Assembly: GCA_907165135.1 (NCBI GenBank) | Contig: OU015568.1 | Location: forward strand, 8,494,001 to 8,558,000 | Reading direction: 5' to 3' | DNA length: 64,000 nucleotides | From: Oikopleura dioica | Lineage: Eukaryota; Animalia; Chordata | Part shown: one piece after another, positions 9,118 through 21,951 of the stretch | Layout: each line of letters starts with the position of its first letter | How positions within the stretch are numbered: position 1 is the first letter of the stretch | Program-made: the position numbers and the translations under genes | The notes under the pieces: generated by a model | Seen by the model: only the letters and a program-made list of their open reading frames with translations | Told to the model about the DNA's origin: nothing | Database searches by the model: none

Positions 9118-9603
9118 ACTGCAAACTTGCCCAGTACAAAATTGGTCGGAACCGGTGAAATCTAAGCAAACATGTAAAAAAGAATAAAAAAACGAAACCT
9201 AGCGATAACCTTTTCGCTAATTTTTGACTGCCGTATATTTGTAAAGTAAGGTTTTCATTTCATTGAGTGTTCTCAATCACTCGGCACTAGAACTATTCCT
9301 ACTCGTATTCATTTCTTCTCACTTCCCAAAACTGAGTATCCTGATACTCCTCGTTGTTCTCAAAGTCTTTTCTCTCTCCATGTTTATACTCACACTCGCT
9401 ACAGTACATAAAATAAACTAATTCGAAAACTAGAGCTCTGTACATCGGCTTCTATATTTACAGTAACAGGTAGACCAAACGGTAAAGTGTATACAAATAC
9501 AGTAAATAGCAGTAGTTGAGGTAGTTGAAACGCCGGAGGAAAAGCAGTGAACTTTGACTATTTATTTTTCAAGGAATGCGACCTTCTGGAGCTCCATTCT
9601 CCA

Positions 9604-12600
9604 TCACGATAAGCTGGACTCGGAAGTACTAAAAGATTTTTTAATGCTTGATTATAAATGAGCGGCACAGCGACTGTATAATCGATCCTCACCTCAGATC
9701 TCGATCCAGCGAGCTAGAAGTGGCCTCCAAAGGTGGCTCAACAAGATGGAGCGTTTTCTTTGGAGTCACTATCAGCGAATTAAGCACTTTGCGGTCGTCT
9801 TCGCTGAGGTTGATGTTGAATATTTGGTGGCTGACTTTCGCGGCAAAATCGAAAGAGATGACAACTTTTTCTGATCCGATCAAGTGCGCGACCAAGGAGG
9901 AGTTCAACATTGCAACTAGTACGCCGAATGAAAGAGGAGCTCCAAAATAGCTACGAATTTCATTAGAAAAATCGAGAAAAATGAGGGATGTACCTTGAAA
10001 TTGCCGAAAATGGCGAGCAGAGGAGAAAAATCAGCGGACAAAAACAAACAAGAGCCAGGCCAAGTTGAATTTGCGGGGTGTTGATTAATGGAACGTCGAC
10101 TTTGTTCAAGGACAAGAACACCGCCGGGTATAATGAGGCCAGCAAGCACCCAGCCAGAGTGAGCTGATTGAAGGGGATATTACAGAATGAAGTGAGCCCA
10201 ACGACTTGAAATAACGAGACAATCCAAACCGCAACCTACGATAGTTGTCGAAATAAATTACAGTCAGATTCTTTCGCTAATTTGATTTATAATCAACGGG
10301 CTAATAACTCACCGATAGAAACGAGAACATCATATCTGCATGTATAAGACCACCTAAAAACACGCCAAGAATGACGAAGCCGGCATAGGCGGCGATAGTA
10401 GATGGATCGGTCACGTTCTGTAGATATCCGAGCGCGTCGATTTCTGCTCCAGTGAGTTTTGCGTGCTTCATTTCGATAGAGATTCTCTGAAAATAGGAGT
10501 GTCAAAAGTTTTCTCAAATAAAATATGACTTACTTCTTGGAAATCTTTAAAGTCATCCATTTTCAAGCCAAAATCGTTAACAACTAATCGCACAGGCAGT
10601 TTGAGCATTTTCTTCGCATTTCTTTGAAACGGCCTGTAGTCGAGCATTTTATTGAGAGCAGTGGTAGGGCAGTTCTTTAACTTTTCAAGCGGCATCATTG
10701 TGTTTTTCTTCTTGCTGATGATTTCGGAGTAAGACGGAATCCAGCCAAATATTTCAAACTCTGTTTTCAATCTCAATTCGGCGCGGTTCAGATAAATCCA
10801 GGTTGCCAAAAGCGTCTCGTACTCTCCAGATTGGCGATCGAACGTCTTCTCCCTTCTTCCAGTTTTGTTGATAGCGTAGATTAGAATTCTCTCAATGGAC
10901 TCAGTAATATCTGATGCTTTCAAATCTCGACGGACATCTTTCTTTCTTAGACGGTTGACTGCAGCTCTGCATTCCCATTCCGTCACGTCTTCAACGCGGA
11001 CCTTTTCGTCGACCCAGGTCTTGAAGTTGTAAAACCAGAACTCTTTGTCGATCGACATTGATTGATGGAACTGACTTGATGAAGCGATTCGATGAGCATT
11101 CGCCAATTCATCGTGTAAATCGGTCGTTTCGTTGACATCGAGTTCCAGCATCGTTTTATGGACCGGAAAGTACGTTTCTATGAAGACTTGAGAATTTCAT
11201 CAAAATATAAAATCGATTTTTTGGAGAATATGTTCCATTTTAAAGATTCTCTTGAGATTCAAGCCTTTCCTTGGATACGCGCCGCAACATAATTGTGAGA
11301 TGTCTTCGGAATGAAATCGAAATTGCGGACAGAGATGTCGAATCGAAGCGCCAGACCGACTGCAGCCAGGATCGTTATCGAAACAGCAAGGACCACTCTC
11401 ACCGCCGCCCATAATAGCGTGCAGTAGAATTTCGCCCTGTGTGGCAGCATTATTTCTCTAAGATTCCTTTAGCTTCTGCCAGTCAAAAGAAGATATACCT
11501 GGTTCGATTGGACATGTATTTCGAGAGGCGGTGGACCTCGAAGACTTTCGGGACGATGCAAATGATGAAGAACATGAAGAAAATCGACATGATCAAGAAT
11601 TCACTTCCAAAATGCTCGAGCGTCGTGTTAGTTTTCGTCCAGTAAACTAATCCAAGCCCGAAAAGAGAGGACATCGATAAAACGATGGTTGGAAAGGTGT
11701 GGATGAAGATTTCTCCCATAGAAGTGGTATTTTTAGCTCGATACAGGTGACCAAATGTCGCAACGACTCCTAGGATGAGACCACCTGCGATAGATTGAAG
11801 AAGCGGACCACCAACATGCGAGATAAATGGGTCCAATTTCGCCTCAGCGTGAGTTTTCGCCTAAAGAATGATAATGATTTTGGCAATTAGCGAATTTCAA
11901 TGGTATGGGAGCACAATTATTGCACTAGGACTCACAGAAAGCGCGTAGTTGATGATGATGGAGGACCACCCTGTTGTAAAAGATCCAAAAACAAAGAAAT
12001 TCGAAATGGCGAAAATAGCGCTTAACAGAAGAGGGTGACTTAGCCCGGAAACAGCGACGATAAAGTAGACAATCCCGGTTGAAACCATCAAATATGGGGT
12101 CACCGCCAAAAAGCTAGAGTAAAAATAAGATTCTCTCCATTCAAAATCGATATTACCTTTCTTTGATATTCAGATTTTCGAGCTGGACGAAGTTTGGACA
12201 GTAGAAAAACGCATTTTCGTGAGATTCAACCACATTTTCTACATTGTTGAGGAAAGTTTCCAAAAGTTCTGCAGCGAGTTCGGGCGTCCAGAAAACTAAT
12301 GACTTGATGATTAACTCAAAGAGGAATTTATTACCTTGTCGTCCTGCGGAATTTCTCTTCAAGGGCTGATTGCTGAGCGTGTTTGAGTAGAAGTCGTAGA
12401 GAGAGTTTGCCGCCATGAGGTTAATAGTTGTTTGCAGGTATCCTTGATCGTTGATAGTTCTTTCCGTTGAATGAGAGATTCCAACGCTATTGCATGAACT
12501 TGACGATGAGATTCTACGAGATGTCAAGAGCGAATCGTTATCTTCGAAATACTCGTCGATAGAAATCTTTCTCGAGAAGTCAGAGAGGCCTGATAATGAG

Positions 12601-13674
12601 GAGTATCCACAAGGAGTGTCATCAGCCCAAGAAAATTTTCCATCGGTGCCAAGGCAATATTTTTCTCTGTTGTATATCAAAAGATCTTCGCCTTCACTGA
12701 AACAATTGAGGGGCGTGTCGACAATGCATGGAGCCAAATCGTTCTGAAAAAACTGGGAAAATTCGGTATCCAGCTTCGTTGTGAGTTCAATGTCTTCGCT
12801 CAATTTGAAACCAGTTGCTTTGTGACAGAGGCTCTCGATTGTCCATGTTCTTTGCCATTAACATGAGTTGCATTAAAAACTTTAAGATTTACCTTTCAAA
12901 AAAGGAAACAGATGTAGCAAGAACAGCTTGAACCACGGCTTGATGATGTAAAAGTGCCGACTTTGTAATGCCTTCTCTCGAATCGTCCGCATGTGTCATC
13001 ACATTCAGCATAAAATTACCCCACGTTGCGTTGACCCCTGAAATTGACGTGTGGTTCGACTTCCTGTGCTAAGGATCCTTCACTTGACACCTACTGTATT
13101 TAGGAAGGGCCTACTGAAGCCATGATCAAGCCTATTTCTACAGTACTTTCTTCATAACGCAAAATGCATCTCACCTGGGTTAACTTTTTGTTGCCTCGAG
13201 TAGACTATCAATTCGTCATTCTCACAGTACGTTATTGCGACGAGCCCGATTAGGAATGAGAATATGAAGAATACAGAAAACGAGGACTGCCTTTCGATCA
13301 AACTGCCAAGGCGGTACAGAAACTTGTGCCATTGATGCTTCACATCGTACTTTAATCTTCTCTTTTTTGGCTGAGGGATGAGGCACTAGAAAGTTGATAG
13401 AAAAAATTGATCTTATAATACTACATAGGAAATAAATATAGCGAGTAAATACTTTTTCGGAGTTATTTTGCACCAGACTTCGAGAACTATCTTCACATGT
13501 ATATTCAGAATCTGTCTCTGGCATCGTGTCACTGTCGCACCGCGGATAGTCACTGATTCTATCAGTCTCTCTCACACGCTCTTCTCTAGTACGTAAGTCT
13601 TCCTTGCGATTACTCGCATTCTCCTCTATGTTTGCAGTTTTCTCCCCTTCGTTTAGGGGGACTGTTTGGGTCAT
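9604..13674 (-). CDS. ptch: Divergent Patched-family 12-TM Hedgehog receptor
   Basis: Motifs colinear with PTCH1: KFLYRLGSLIERQ (LLFKLGCYIQKN), ITKSALLHH (LTTEALLQH), RTWTIESLCHKA (RQWKLEHLCYKS), PCIVDTPLNCFSEG (PCLIITPLDCFWEG), DFIPKTS (DIVPRET), FWFYNFKTWV (MWLHYFRDWL), LLATW (YLTAW), and IRSYFG..LVAMLNS (TM12). Two TM clusters (11260-12110 and 9880-10420). Confidence 0.88.
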
Positions 13675-13715
13675 CTTTGTTGAGGGGCTATGTCTAAACT
13701 GGCGTTATTTCTCGA

Positions 13716-14308
13716 GACCACACGGCCCCACTGGGTGGCAGATTACCACCCAACAGCGTAAAATGGATATTTGCACTTGGTCCTCTCTCTCGTCCGGGGT
13801 GGGCCGGTGATCTTCTCTGTTTTTCCCGTATTTCACCGCACTGGCTTTTTGTCCACTTGGTGGTGAAAATGATTGAGTAGCGCTGGACAAATTCAAAAGA
13901 GGAAAATCTAGCGCGAAATCTCTCAGAGGGCGACGGATGAACCACAAAATGATGGTGCTAATCCTCCAAGTGTTAAAGTAGCTGGATCAGGGCTCAGTCA
14001 CTACGGTAGTGAAATTAATTCCGATAACGCCACCCACGGGCAGAGGAAAACGCCAGAAGAGTCACTGACCACCTACCGATTCTCTTATCTCTTCTCCCAG
14101 AAAGAAAAAAAAAACGTAAAACAAAACCCCTTTGAGAGAGAAAATGCTTGACTTACCCTGAAAGTCACAGCTGTGAGTGCGGGAAAGTGAGGGTAACGCT
14201 CGACATTTCTTTCGCCAGTTCAAAAAAAATCGAGAAAAGATTTCCGCTATCTATAAAGGCAGATGAGCGGATGGTGGCATCATGCCATCGACGAGAACGG
14301 GCCACCCA
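13716..14308. promoter_or_regulatory. Cluster of near-consensus Gli sites upstream of the patched-like ATG
   Basis: Compared with GACCACCCA: TACCACCCA 13744-13752, GACCACCTA 14067-14075 and GGCCACCCA 14300-14308 (1 mismatch each); GACCACACG 13716-13724, TGCCACCCA (reverse strand) 13732-13740 and CGCCACCCA 14028-14036 (2 mismatches each). Confidence 0.45.
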
Positions 14309-15432
14309 GAGAGCGCAAATTAATCAACTCTCATAAATTAATAAACTCGCTGATAAAAACACCTTTATGGAAGGAAGTAACTTAGGACTATAAAAATTTC
14401 ATCACTTCCAAAGTTTCAAGTCTCGATTTCTACATCATCACTTTCAAATTTAACAAGCGTAAAAGCGAAAAACATAGAAAATATTTCAAACGCATTTTTA
14501 CGAGTCAATCCGGCCGTCAACTTTCAAAATACTCACGTTTGACGAGTCATTTATCCTTTTCTCCATTCCCACAAGAACCGCGCTTTTTCTCAAAAGCCAA
14601 TATCAATCTGCTTACATTTCTATCTCTCCTTGTCCACAAATGTTAGAGGGAGTCAACGGTGCGAGAAATTTTGTTGATTAATCTGATTTCAATTTTACGA
14701 GCTGGTCTCTCTGTCTGAGGCAGTAGGATTTTTTTCTTTTTCAATTTGTAAAAAAAATGGATCGTCCCACGCTCGACCACCGAGTTCGGGGAGCAATTGT
14801 AAAGATTGAACATCATCAGCGTCTTTTTAGAAAGGGAAATGAACGTCAAGAGGAATTCGGTTTGCATGTTTATCGCATTCCGGAGTTGGGAAGCAATAAG
14901 TGCTCTTGGCTTTTGCGAATCCTGGTGAATTCAGTTACTTGAATTTTTTACGTAGTATTTTGCGAGATTATCAAAATTATGCGAGATTGGTAGTAGAAAT
15001 TTTGTTCCAAATATCAGTCTAACAACAATCCGTGGAGGCTGAGGTCAGGGTCGTCCTTTTGAGGTCAGTTTAGCCAATTTTTTTACTCCTAGACACACTG
15101 AAAGTGCCTACAAGCCTTATTCCGAGGCAGAGTTAGCGACGATACGTCAGTTAAAACATCGGTCCCTGCATTCCTGATCATTCTTATGGTCTGTAGCTAC
15201 AGACCTACAGACTCTGTAGTACTGCTTGTATGAAGAAAGCGTAGTTAATGAAGTTACCTTTTATTGCACATAATATTATGGGAAACAGAGTCGATCTGAT
15301 AAGGATCGTCACCGAAGTGAAGCAGAGTCGCAGACTCTGGCTGGGTCACAAGAAACTGGAACAAGAACTTGAGCAGGAGCATTGCGCCAGAAGAAATAAA
15401 GAAAAAAGAATAGTTAAAATAGTAAAAAATGG

Positions 15433-18400
15433 TTATCTAAGATCGGGTTGGCCTTTCTCGAGTTCGTCGAAAACAGAACCGGGTTCAGCCGCGCTGGATT
15501 GGAAGAATGATGAGGCTCCAGTGAACTCTGAAAAGAGATTTCAAACGCTATCGGAGGAGGGTGGCTTTTTTACCGGGAATATGAGTGGCACTAGACGTCA
15601 CGGGTAAGGGAGCTTGCGAAAGAGTCTTATTTAAATCTGCAATGACTGCAGCTAGAGAGTCGGATCCCGTCAGTGGAGGAGTTGCAGAGCTCGATTCGGA
15701 AACTGGTGGCGCAAGAATTGGTGATTCGAGCTTTGGGATTCCTTGGAGAACGCTTTGGTCGAACAATAAGTTGCCACTTGCGGGTGCGCTCTTGTTTTCT
15801 TCAAGACTGGGTGTGGAAGACGATTCTTGAGGCGTGGGCTCGACGGGCGGACTTTCAGGGCTGGCAACTGTTGGTTCAACTTCGATTGGTTTCGCTTCAA
15901 CAGGGTTTTGCTGGACCTCTGGAGTCGGAGAAGCGACTGGAGAGGCCGCAGCGGGGATCGGGGATGTAACCACAGGTCTTAAGAAATAATAGAACTTGAG
16001 GTTGAAAGAAGCTTACTGTTGATCCGCGAGCATTGGCGCAGCAGCTGCGTAAAGGGGATTAGCAGCGATTCCAATGGTCGTTCCCATGTTATCAGCAGCT
16101 TGGTTCATCGTCAATAAATTTTGATGAGTCATACCAGGAGCTCTTTCAAGTTCTGGAACTGCTGGTGGCATGAGGTGCTCTGGTTGTTGCGTTTCTAAAA
16201 ATAAAATTTGATGAAATGAATGTTTTTGAGGAAATCTACCTTTGAAAAGCTCCTGCTTGAGATTTGGCAGAAAAACGTCGATTCTGTCCCAAGTGACTTG
16301 CCACAGATCGGTGTAACCAGTGTCAGGATTGTGAAAGATTCCAGCGGTATCCATCACCAGAAGCATGTTCTTCAAGCTTTCAGGAATCGCCTCGCACTGG
16401 GAAAAAGATAAAAAAATGCCTCCGAAAAACAGCATACCAGTAAATCTCGATTACCAACGCGCATGTATTTGTCCATAAAGTCTAAAATGGTGAGCCAGCA
16501 TGCTTTGAATGTCGGAGAGGTAAGCAGATCCTTCAGATGTTGAAGAAAGACCTTCGACAAAAGTGAAGCAGCGCGCATTCTGGTCTCGTCCATTGAATTT
16601 GGGTCATGTGGTGAAATGTTTTCTGATTTGTTTTCGTCAGTTATTGACAAAAGAAAAATCTTACCTAATAATCTAGTGAGCAAGGGGAAGAGAACTTTGT
16701 GGAAGCACGCTTCCCATTGAGTGCCATCGAGAACTTGAAGATCTTGAACAAGCAGCGCACTTGATAGGCAATTGAATGCATGCGTTCGGATTCCACGTCG
16801 AATATCGCAGCACATACGGGCGATTCCCTAGAAAAAGATGATTCTAACCCAAGAAGACTGGTAGAAAGCAAACCTCGAGTAGCGGGCACCAACCAGCCTC
16901 CCACAAGTTGTTAATGTCGATTGAATCTTCATTCCAACTTCTGAAAATTCGCCCTGCTCTGGTATGAAGAGTCTGTAGCAACTCAAGAAGTTGCATTGAG
17001 ACTTTTTGATAGTCCTCAGTTGAGGCGGATTCCGTCGTCTTTTCAGATGTGCTACGCTTTCTTCGACTTCGTGATGACTTTTTCGAAGGTGTAAGGTTCT
17101 TGTTTACACCGTTTATCGAAGCTATAAAAATGTGAGAAAGAAAAAAAAGATAAAATGATTGTACCTTCAACAAACGCTCGAATTGTATCGACACAAATTT
17201 CAAAGTTTGCTGGTGTTATATGCGCGGTATCTCGGACGAGGAAAGCAAGGGATTCTGTGGCTCGGATAAGAGCCCTTGGATCATGTGGGCCGACTTCAGT
17301 GTGATAGGCGAGTGAGAACTCATTCTGCCCCTCGGTTGATTCCTAAAGTTTTTGTTTTATAAAATCGGTGCTAAACTTTGAAGTTTGTGAGTGATTAATG
17401 TAAGATGATTTGAAATCTGTTGCTGATTGTTTGATTATCGTATTTGTGAGTTTTAGTAAAATCGACTTGAATCAAGAGGATGCAATTTTTTGAAGAACCC
17501 ATGCGACATTAACGCTTACTTTGTGGAGGCTTTTTTGGCGTACTACTCCGTTCTAAATTTATACTAAGTTTTAGAGCAAATGGGAGACAGAAACAAAGAA
17601 ATTGATTTTGAAATATTACAAAGTAAATTTCAGAATCGCCTGTTCTAAATCCTGCATGCACCCTATGGCGACGCTATTTTTACTATTCAACAGGTAAGAG
17701 AGTAATATATGGCCTCATTACCAATCTGATTGTAGCTTCCGCAGGAGCGTCGTTATCACTTGTGTAGCCGCGATCAGACACGTTGCCTCCTTCAGATTCA
17801 TTATCTGACATCCCCGAAGCTTGGCTCAGGTCTGCTTCAGATCCAGCCCGCGAGTTGTTCAAACTTCGCTGCTCCGCTCCTTCCTCTTCTCCTTGATTTT
17901 CTTCCGCCTTCTCTTTCTTCGATTCAAGCAGCAAACCTGCTCCAGCCGTCTTCAAAAGAAGGAAAATAGTGAACCAGTCTTCTGAGGAATGAATATCCGC
18001 GCCACATTTTTGCAAAAGCTCGTGGAGTCCATAGGCAATTTGTCTGTACAGACGAGGGATGATCTTCGGGCAGACGAGGAGGATGATTTGAAGGGAGTTA
18101 AGGACGGGTTGTTGAAGGTCTTCTCGATGGAGAAGTCGGATGGCCAGTCGAAGAAGTCCCGTGACAGCGCGTTCAAGTAGGAAAGTATGCTCGGTAGCGG
18201 ACGAAATGATGTCAACGAGATGCTGTCTAACCTGGCCCCAGAAGCTCAGAATACGATCTCTATTCTGCACAACGATGCGGAAGAGAACTTCAAGATAGAA
18301 CACTGCAGACTCTTCCGAGTAGTGCGTACCCAATGACTCATGCGTTTCCGCACTGCGCGACGCAATAATGAGCGTTTTCACAAGCTCGTGCAGCGAGTCT

Positions 18401-21400
18401 AGCCGAAGGAATTTGGACTCAGTCACGATGTTTTCGGGCTGAAGTTCAATAACGAACTCTCTTGCGAGTTTTAGAGCAGCGTCAGATTCTGACTTAGCGC
18501 CACCTTCTGCGCCACCTGTGAACATTGAATAAAAGGATGAAAAGACACCGCCGCCTTCTTTTTGTGGCACTTTCGCTTCGTCCCGAACGAGTAAGATTTG
18601 CCCGTCAACAAAGTCTTCTCCGTGAGCCATGTCCTCCGGGAGTAAGTTGCTGCGGAAGAGAGGCAACAACAGATCAAGAATATTTCGCCATCCCTCTCTG
18701 ATAATATCGCCATGCCGATTCGACAAGGTGAAAACTGCCCGAGCAGCTAATCTCGCCTTCGAATTCGTTCCCAGCGATGTAGAGACAATTTCCAGGGCCT
18801 CTGCAGAGGTCGAAAGTTGCGTTTTCTTACAGAGAGTGATGATCAAATTGTCGAAAACGTCGGATTTTCCATAATATGCACTGATTTTTGCGCACTTGCG
18901 GAACCCAGCCACGGCTCGTTGAATGATCGACGGATCGTTTGACCTGTCGAATGCGAAGCCAAGAGCGTGAACAGTCGGCCCCCAAGTAATTTCGAAAAGT
19001 TCAGAGTCGTACATTTGCGGCTTAGGAACTTGAATGTAGATTCCTTCTGGCAATTTTGAGCGCTGCTGGATGGTTGACCAGATCCAGTCGTCTTTTAGTG
19101 AGCCTTTTTGCTCTTCGGCGAGGACGATTTCGTTGTCTCTAATGTTGTTGAAGATCGCTTCGAGCATGTCCTGATCAAAGTCTTTATCGCCGTCGCAACC
19201 GCGAACATTCGACTTGAAGTTTTGAACTTTCATCGGCTCCGCGTTTTTCGCTACGTTCGCATTATGCTGATCTGTGTTCAACATAATCACTGCATAAGCT
19301 AAAACAACGACAGAATCATCATTATGGAAGCAGTTGCCATTAGCTTCATGCCAAGGTCTGGCAAAAGCCTCGAGCAGTCGCTGAATAACTGGTGCTTCGC
19401 CAGGTAATCGGAAAGTATTCAAAAAGCTTCTCAGGCCTTCATCGATCCTCTGGCCGGTAAAATCGAACGTGTCCAAAAACGCCGTCAAGAGTTCACCCGC
19501 GTGCCGACCGGAGATGAATTCCCCAATCTCTTTCTTGCTCAAAGCAGGATTCGTCCGCAACCACTTGGCAATCGCTGGCCAATCTTTTGAACCCATGAGG
19601 CCTTGTTCTTCCAAAAACGCGATGCCCTTCTTCGGCTTTTGATTGAAAAGCTCTGTGCCAGCTGCGAAGAGTTTCTTCTTTTGCTTGATGATCAGAATTT
19701 CCTCGACAGAGGGCTGGTTTGATGAAAATCTTGGAGGAGCACGAGTGCTTACTCGAATTGATCTTGGCGGATTAGATGATTGCTTCTTGAAAGTTTTTTT
19801 CGCGATCATAATTCCACTGTCCAAATTGTACGGGCTAGTGTTCTTTTCCGTGTTACCGTCGGTCTTGCTGTCGGAATTACAGTTTTCCTCGATTGAATCG
19901 ACAAGTGCACAGAGGCCATCAAGACTGATTAGGTTCGTTGAAAGCATGATGTTTCCACTGGTGAACGCTTGTTTTGACAAAAGCTTCATCGTATCTTCGT
20001 ACAAATTACTGCAGTGGCTGTCGCAGTCGTAGTTGAGATAGAGTTCTGTTGCCATTCCAGGCAGATGGAAGAACTGGACAAGACTGTCAAGGATAACCTC
20101 GCGCAGCTCGTAAGAATAGTTGGGGTTTTTGGTGTCTTTGACGATCTCCAACATTCGTTTGAGATATTCCTCGAGCTGATACTTCAGATGAGGCCTCAGA
20201 GCTTCGAAAAGCAGGAGAGATACGCGAAGAGACGAAGCTACCAAAGAAAGCTTATCACATGAGAGCATTTGATACAAATGCTTCGAGATATCATTTTGAA
20301 CGATTTCCAAGAGCTCTGGAATTTCAGAAATGTCATCGCGAGCGACTTCAAGAGCAACCATGATCAAGGAAAGGCCGGTTTTGATCATCAAGTCGGGATT
20401 TTGCCGCTCATGTTGGTCGATGAGCGAGGCGAGAAAAGTGAAAAGGTCGACGACAAGTGGCAAACCATATGGTCTGCTTTCTTCCGTTTCGTCTTCTAGG
20501 AGCGCGCTTGACTCGACGATGACAGGATCGTCTTCTGGATTCGCCATGCCGACCTCAGCAGTGGACATGTTATAGTCCCGGACGACAGGGTCTTCTGTCG
20601 CTTCTTCAGCAGTTTCAATCGCGTTGTCATCGCCTTCTTCTGTCTCATTTAGCTGATCATGACTCTCTTCTTCGATCGACTCTTGTGGCGGCTCCAATGA
20701 CTCGGCAACTGGGGTCTTTACTGGCTCCTCAAGAGCTTCTTCAGGGCTAGAAGCAGCCGTGAGGGAAGATTTTGAACTCAGGCGAGAACGTCTTTCGGAA
20801 ACCCTACGCTTTCCTTTGAATAGTTCGTTCATCCAAATTCCCTTTCTTTTAGCATCTACCCTAGCATCGATGCTCTCCCCTTGTAATTATCCAGTCGAGA
20901 GAACAGAAGCTGAACAACATCGACAAGCGTATGCTCCGCTGTTTTACGTAGCAGTTCAGAGAAAACCATTTGGAAGCAAATTCTGAAACAGGATACCATG
21001 ATTTCTCTGACAGTTTCGTTCGTCAAAAGCTGTCCGATTGGGGTGAGAACAAGAGTTCGAAGGACTTGAATAATCTTCATCAAAACAACTTCATCGTTTG
21101 CAGGAACAGTTCCGCGAAAACGCGCTCTCGTCACACTTTCAGCCAGCCTTTCGACCACTTCAGAACTCTGCGGATGAGCAGGATCGATCAATCCATACGA
21201 GAGAAACTTATTGACGGTGCTAAGAGCGAGACCAGTAATTGGCCCGAGCAAGTCTTCACTTTGGATGACTTCGAAGAACGGAACAAGATAGTCCAGTGGC
21301 TGGATTTCGGATAGGTCTTGGGCTTGATTCAGTTTTAATTTGAGCTCCTGGAATATCTGGATCTGGGGATCTTCGTCCACCTGGGGATCGTGCGAGTCCC

Positions 21401-21648
21401 ATCGATTTGCCTAAAGATTTGTTAAACTCTATTCAAGAGTAAAAATTTAATCGATGTGAAAAAATGAAATCAAGGAAGAAATCAAGCAATCAATCAAAAT
21501 AGTTACCGATCGAAAAGTACCTCCTGAAAGTTTACTATCAATAAATCTAGCTACTGTCTTTCGGTACCTTTTGAAGATCACGCCGTAGGGCAGTGCATAC
21601 TATATTCGCCTCGCCCAAGACTATATATTTCCCTCGGCTTATACTCAT
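15433..21648 (-). CDS. GBF1: Golgi brefeldin A-resistant Arf-GEF (Sec7 domain)
   Basis: N-terminus GKYIVLGEANIVCTALRR...RWDSH; DCB region (GPITGLALSTVNKFL); HUS region (ELYLNYDCD); Sec7 (FNQKPKKGI, FRLPGEAPVIQRLLEAF, LAYAVIMLNTDQHN); HDS and C-terminal exons (ETRMRAASLLSKVFLQHL, AIPESLKNMLLVM). One frame break at the C4 run 20877-20880. Confidence 0.96.
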
Positions 21649-21951
21649 TTCATATTTTCTTAAAGAATAACTTATTAGAATTTATAGATTAGCCAATGCG
21701 TAATTTATTTCATGTCATGTAGAAAGAGTGTAGCAGATAGGTAAACGAACGATTATCTCCTGGCACGAGTGATTTTTGGTGATCCCTCAGTCGGGACAAT
21801 AAATAAGTGATTGTGACATTTGTACAGATAGACATGTAAAGTAGCATTACAGAGGATAGTTTCTCTAGTTGCGTTTTTTCTAAAAGGAGAAATATATGAA
21901 GGGATTCGTAGACTTTCTACTCAAAGATGTTTGTACAGCGAGCCAGAGAAG

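Noticed and set aside
11770-11975. Additional Gli-like sequences (GACCACCCT, GACCACCAA, GACCACCTG)
   Set aside because: They lie in coding exons and are explained by Gly/Trp-Ser codons on the minus strand.
15188-15219. 18-bp perfect palindrome GGTCTGTAGCTACAGACC with an overlapping second palindrome
   Set aside because: Too short for a miRNA precursor or MITE, with no TSD; probably a local duplication-inversion.
20877-20880. Programmed frameshift or pseudogenisation of GBF1
   Set aside because: One added G in a homopolymer restores a continuous frame in a conserved housekeeping gene. Similar breaks occur at other runs (22733, 23172, 27676, 27858), which points to assembly error.
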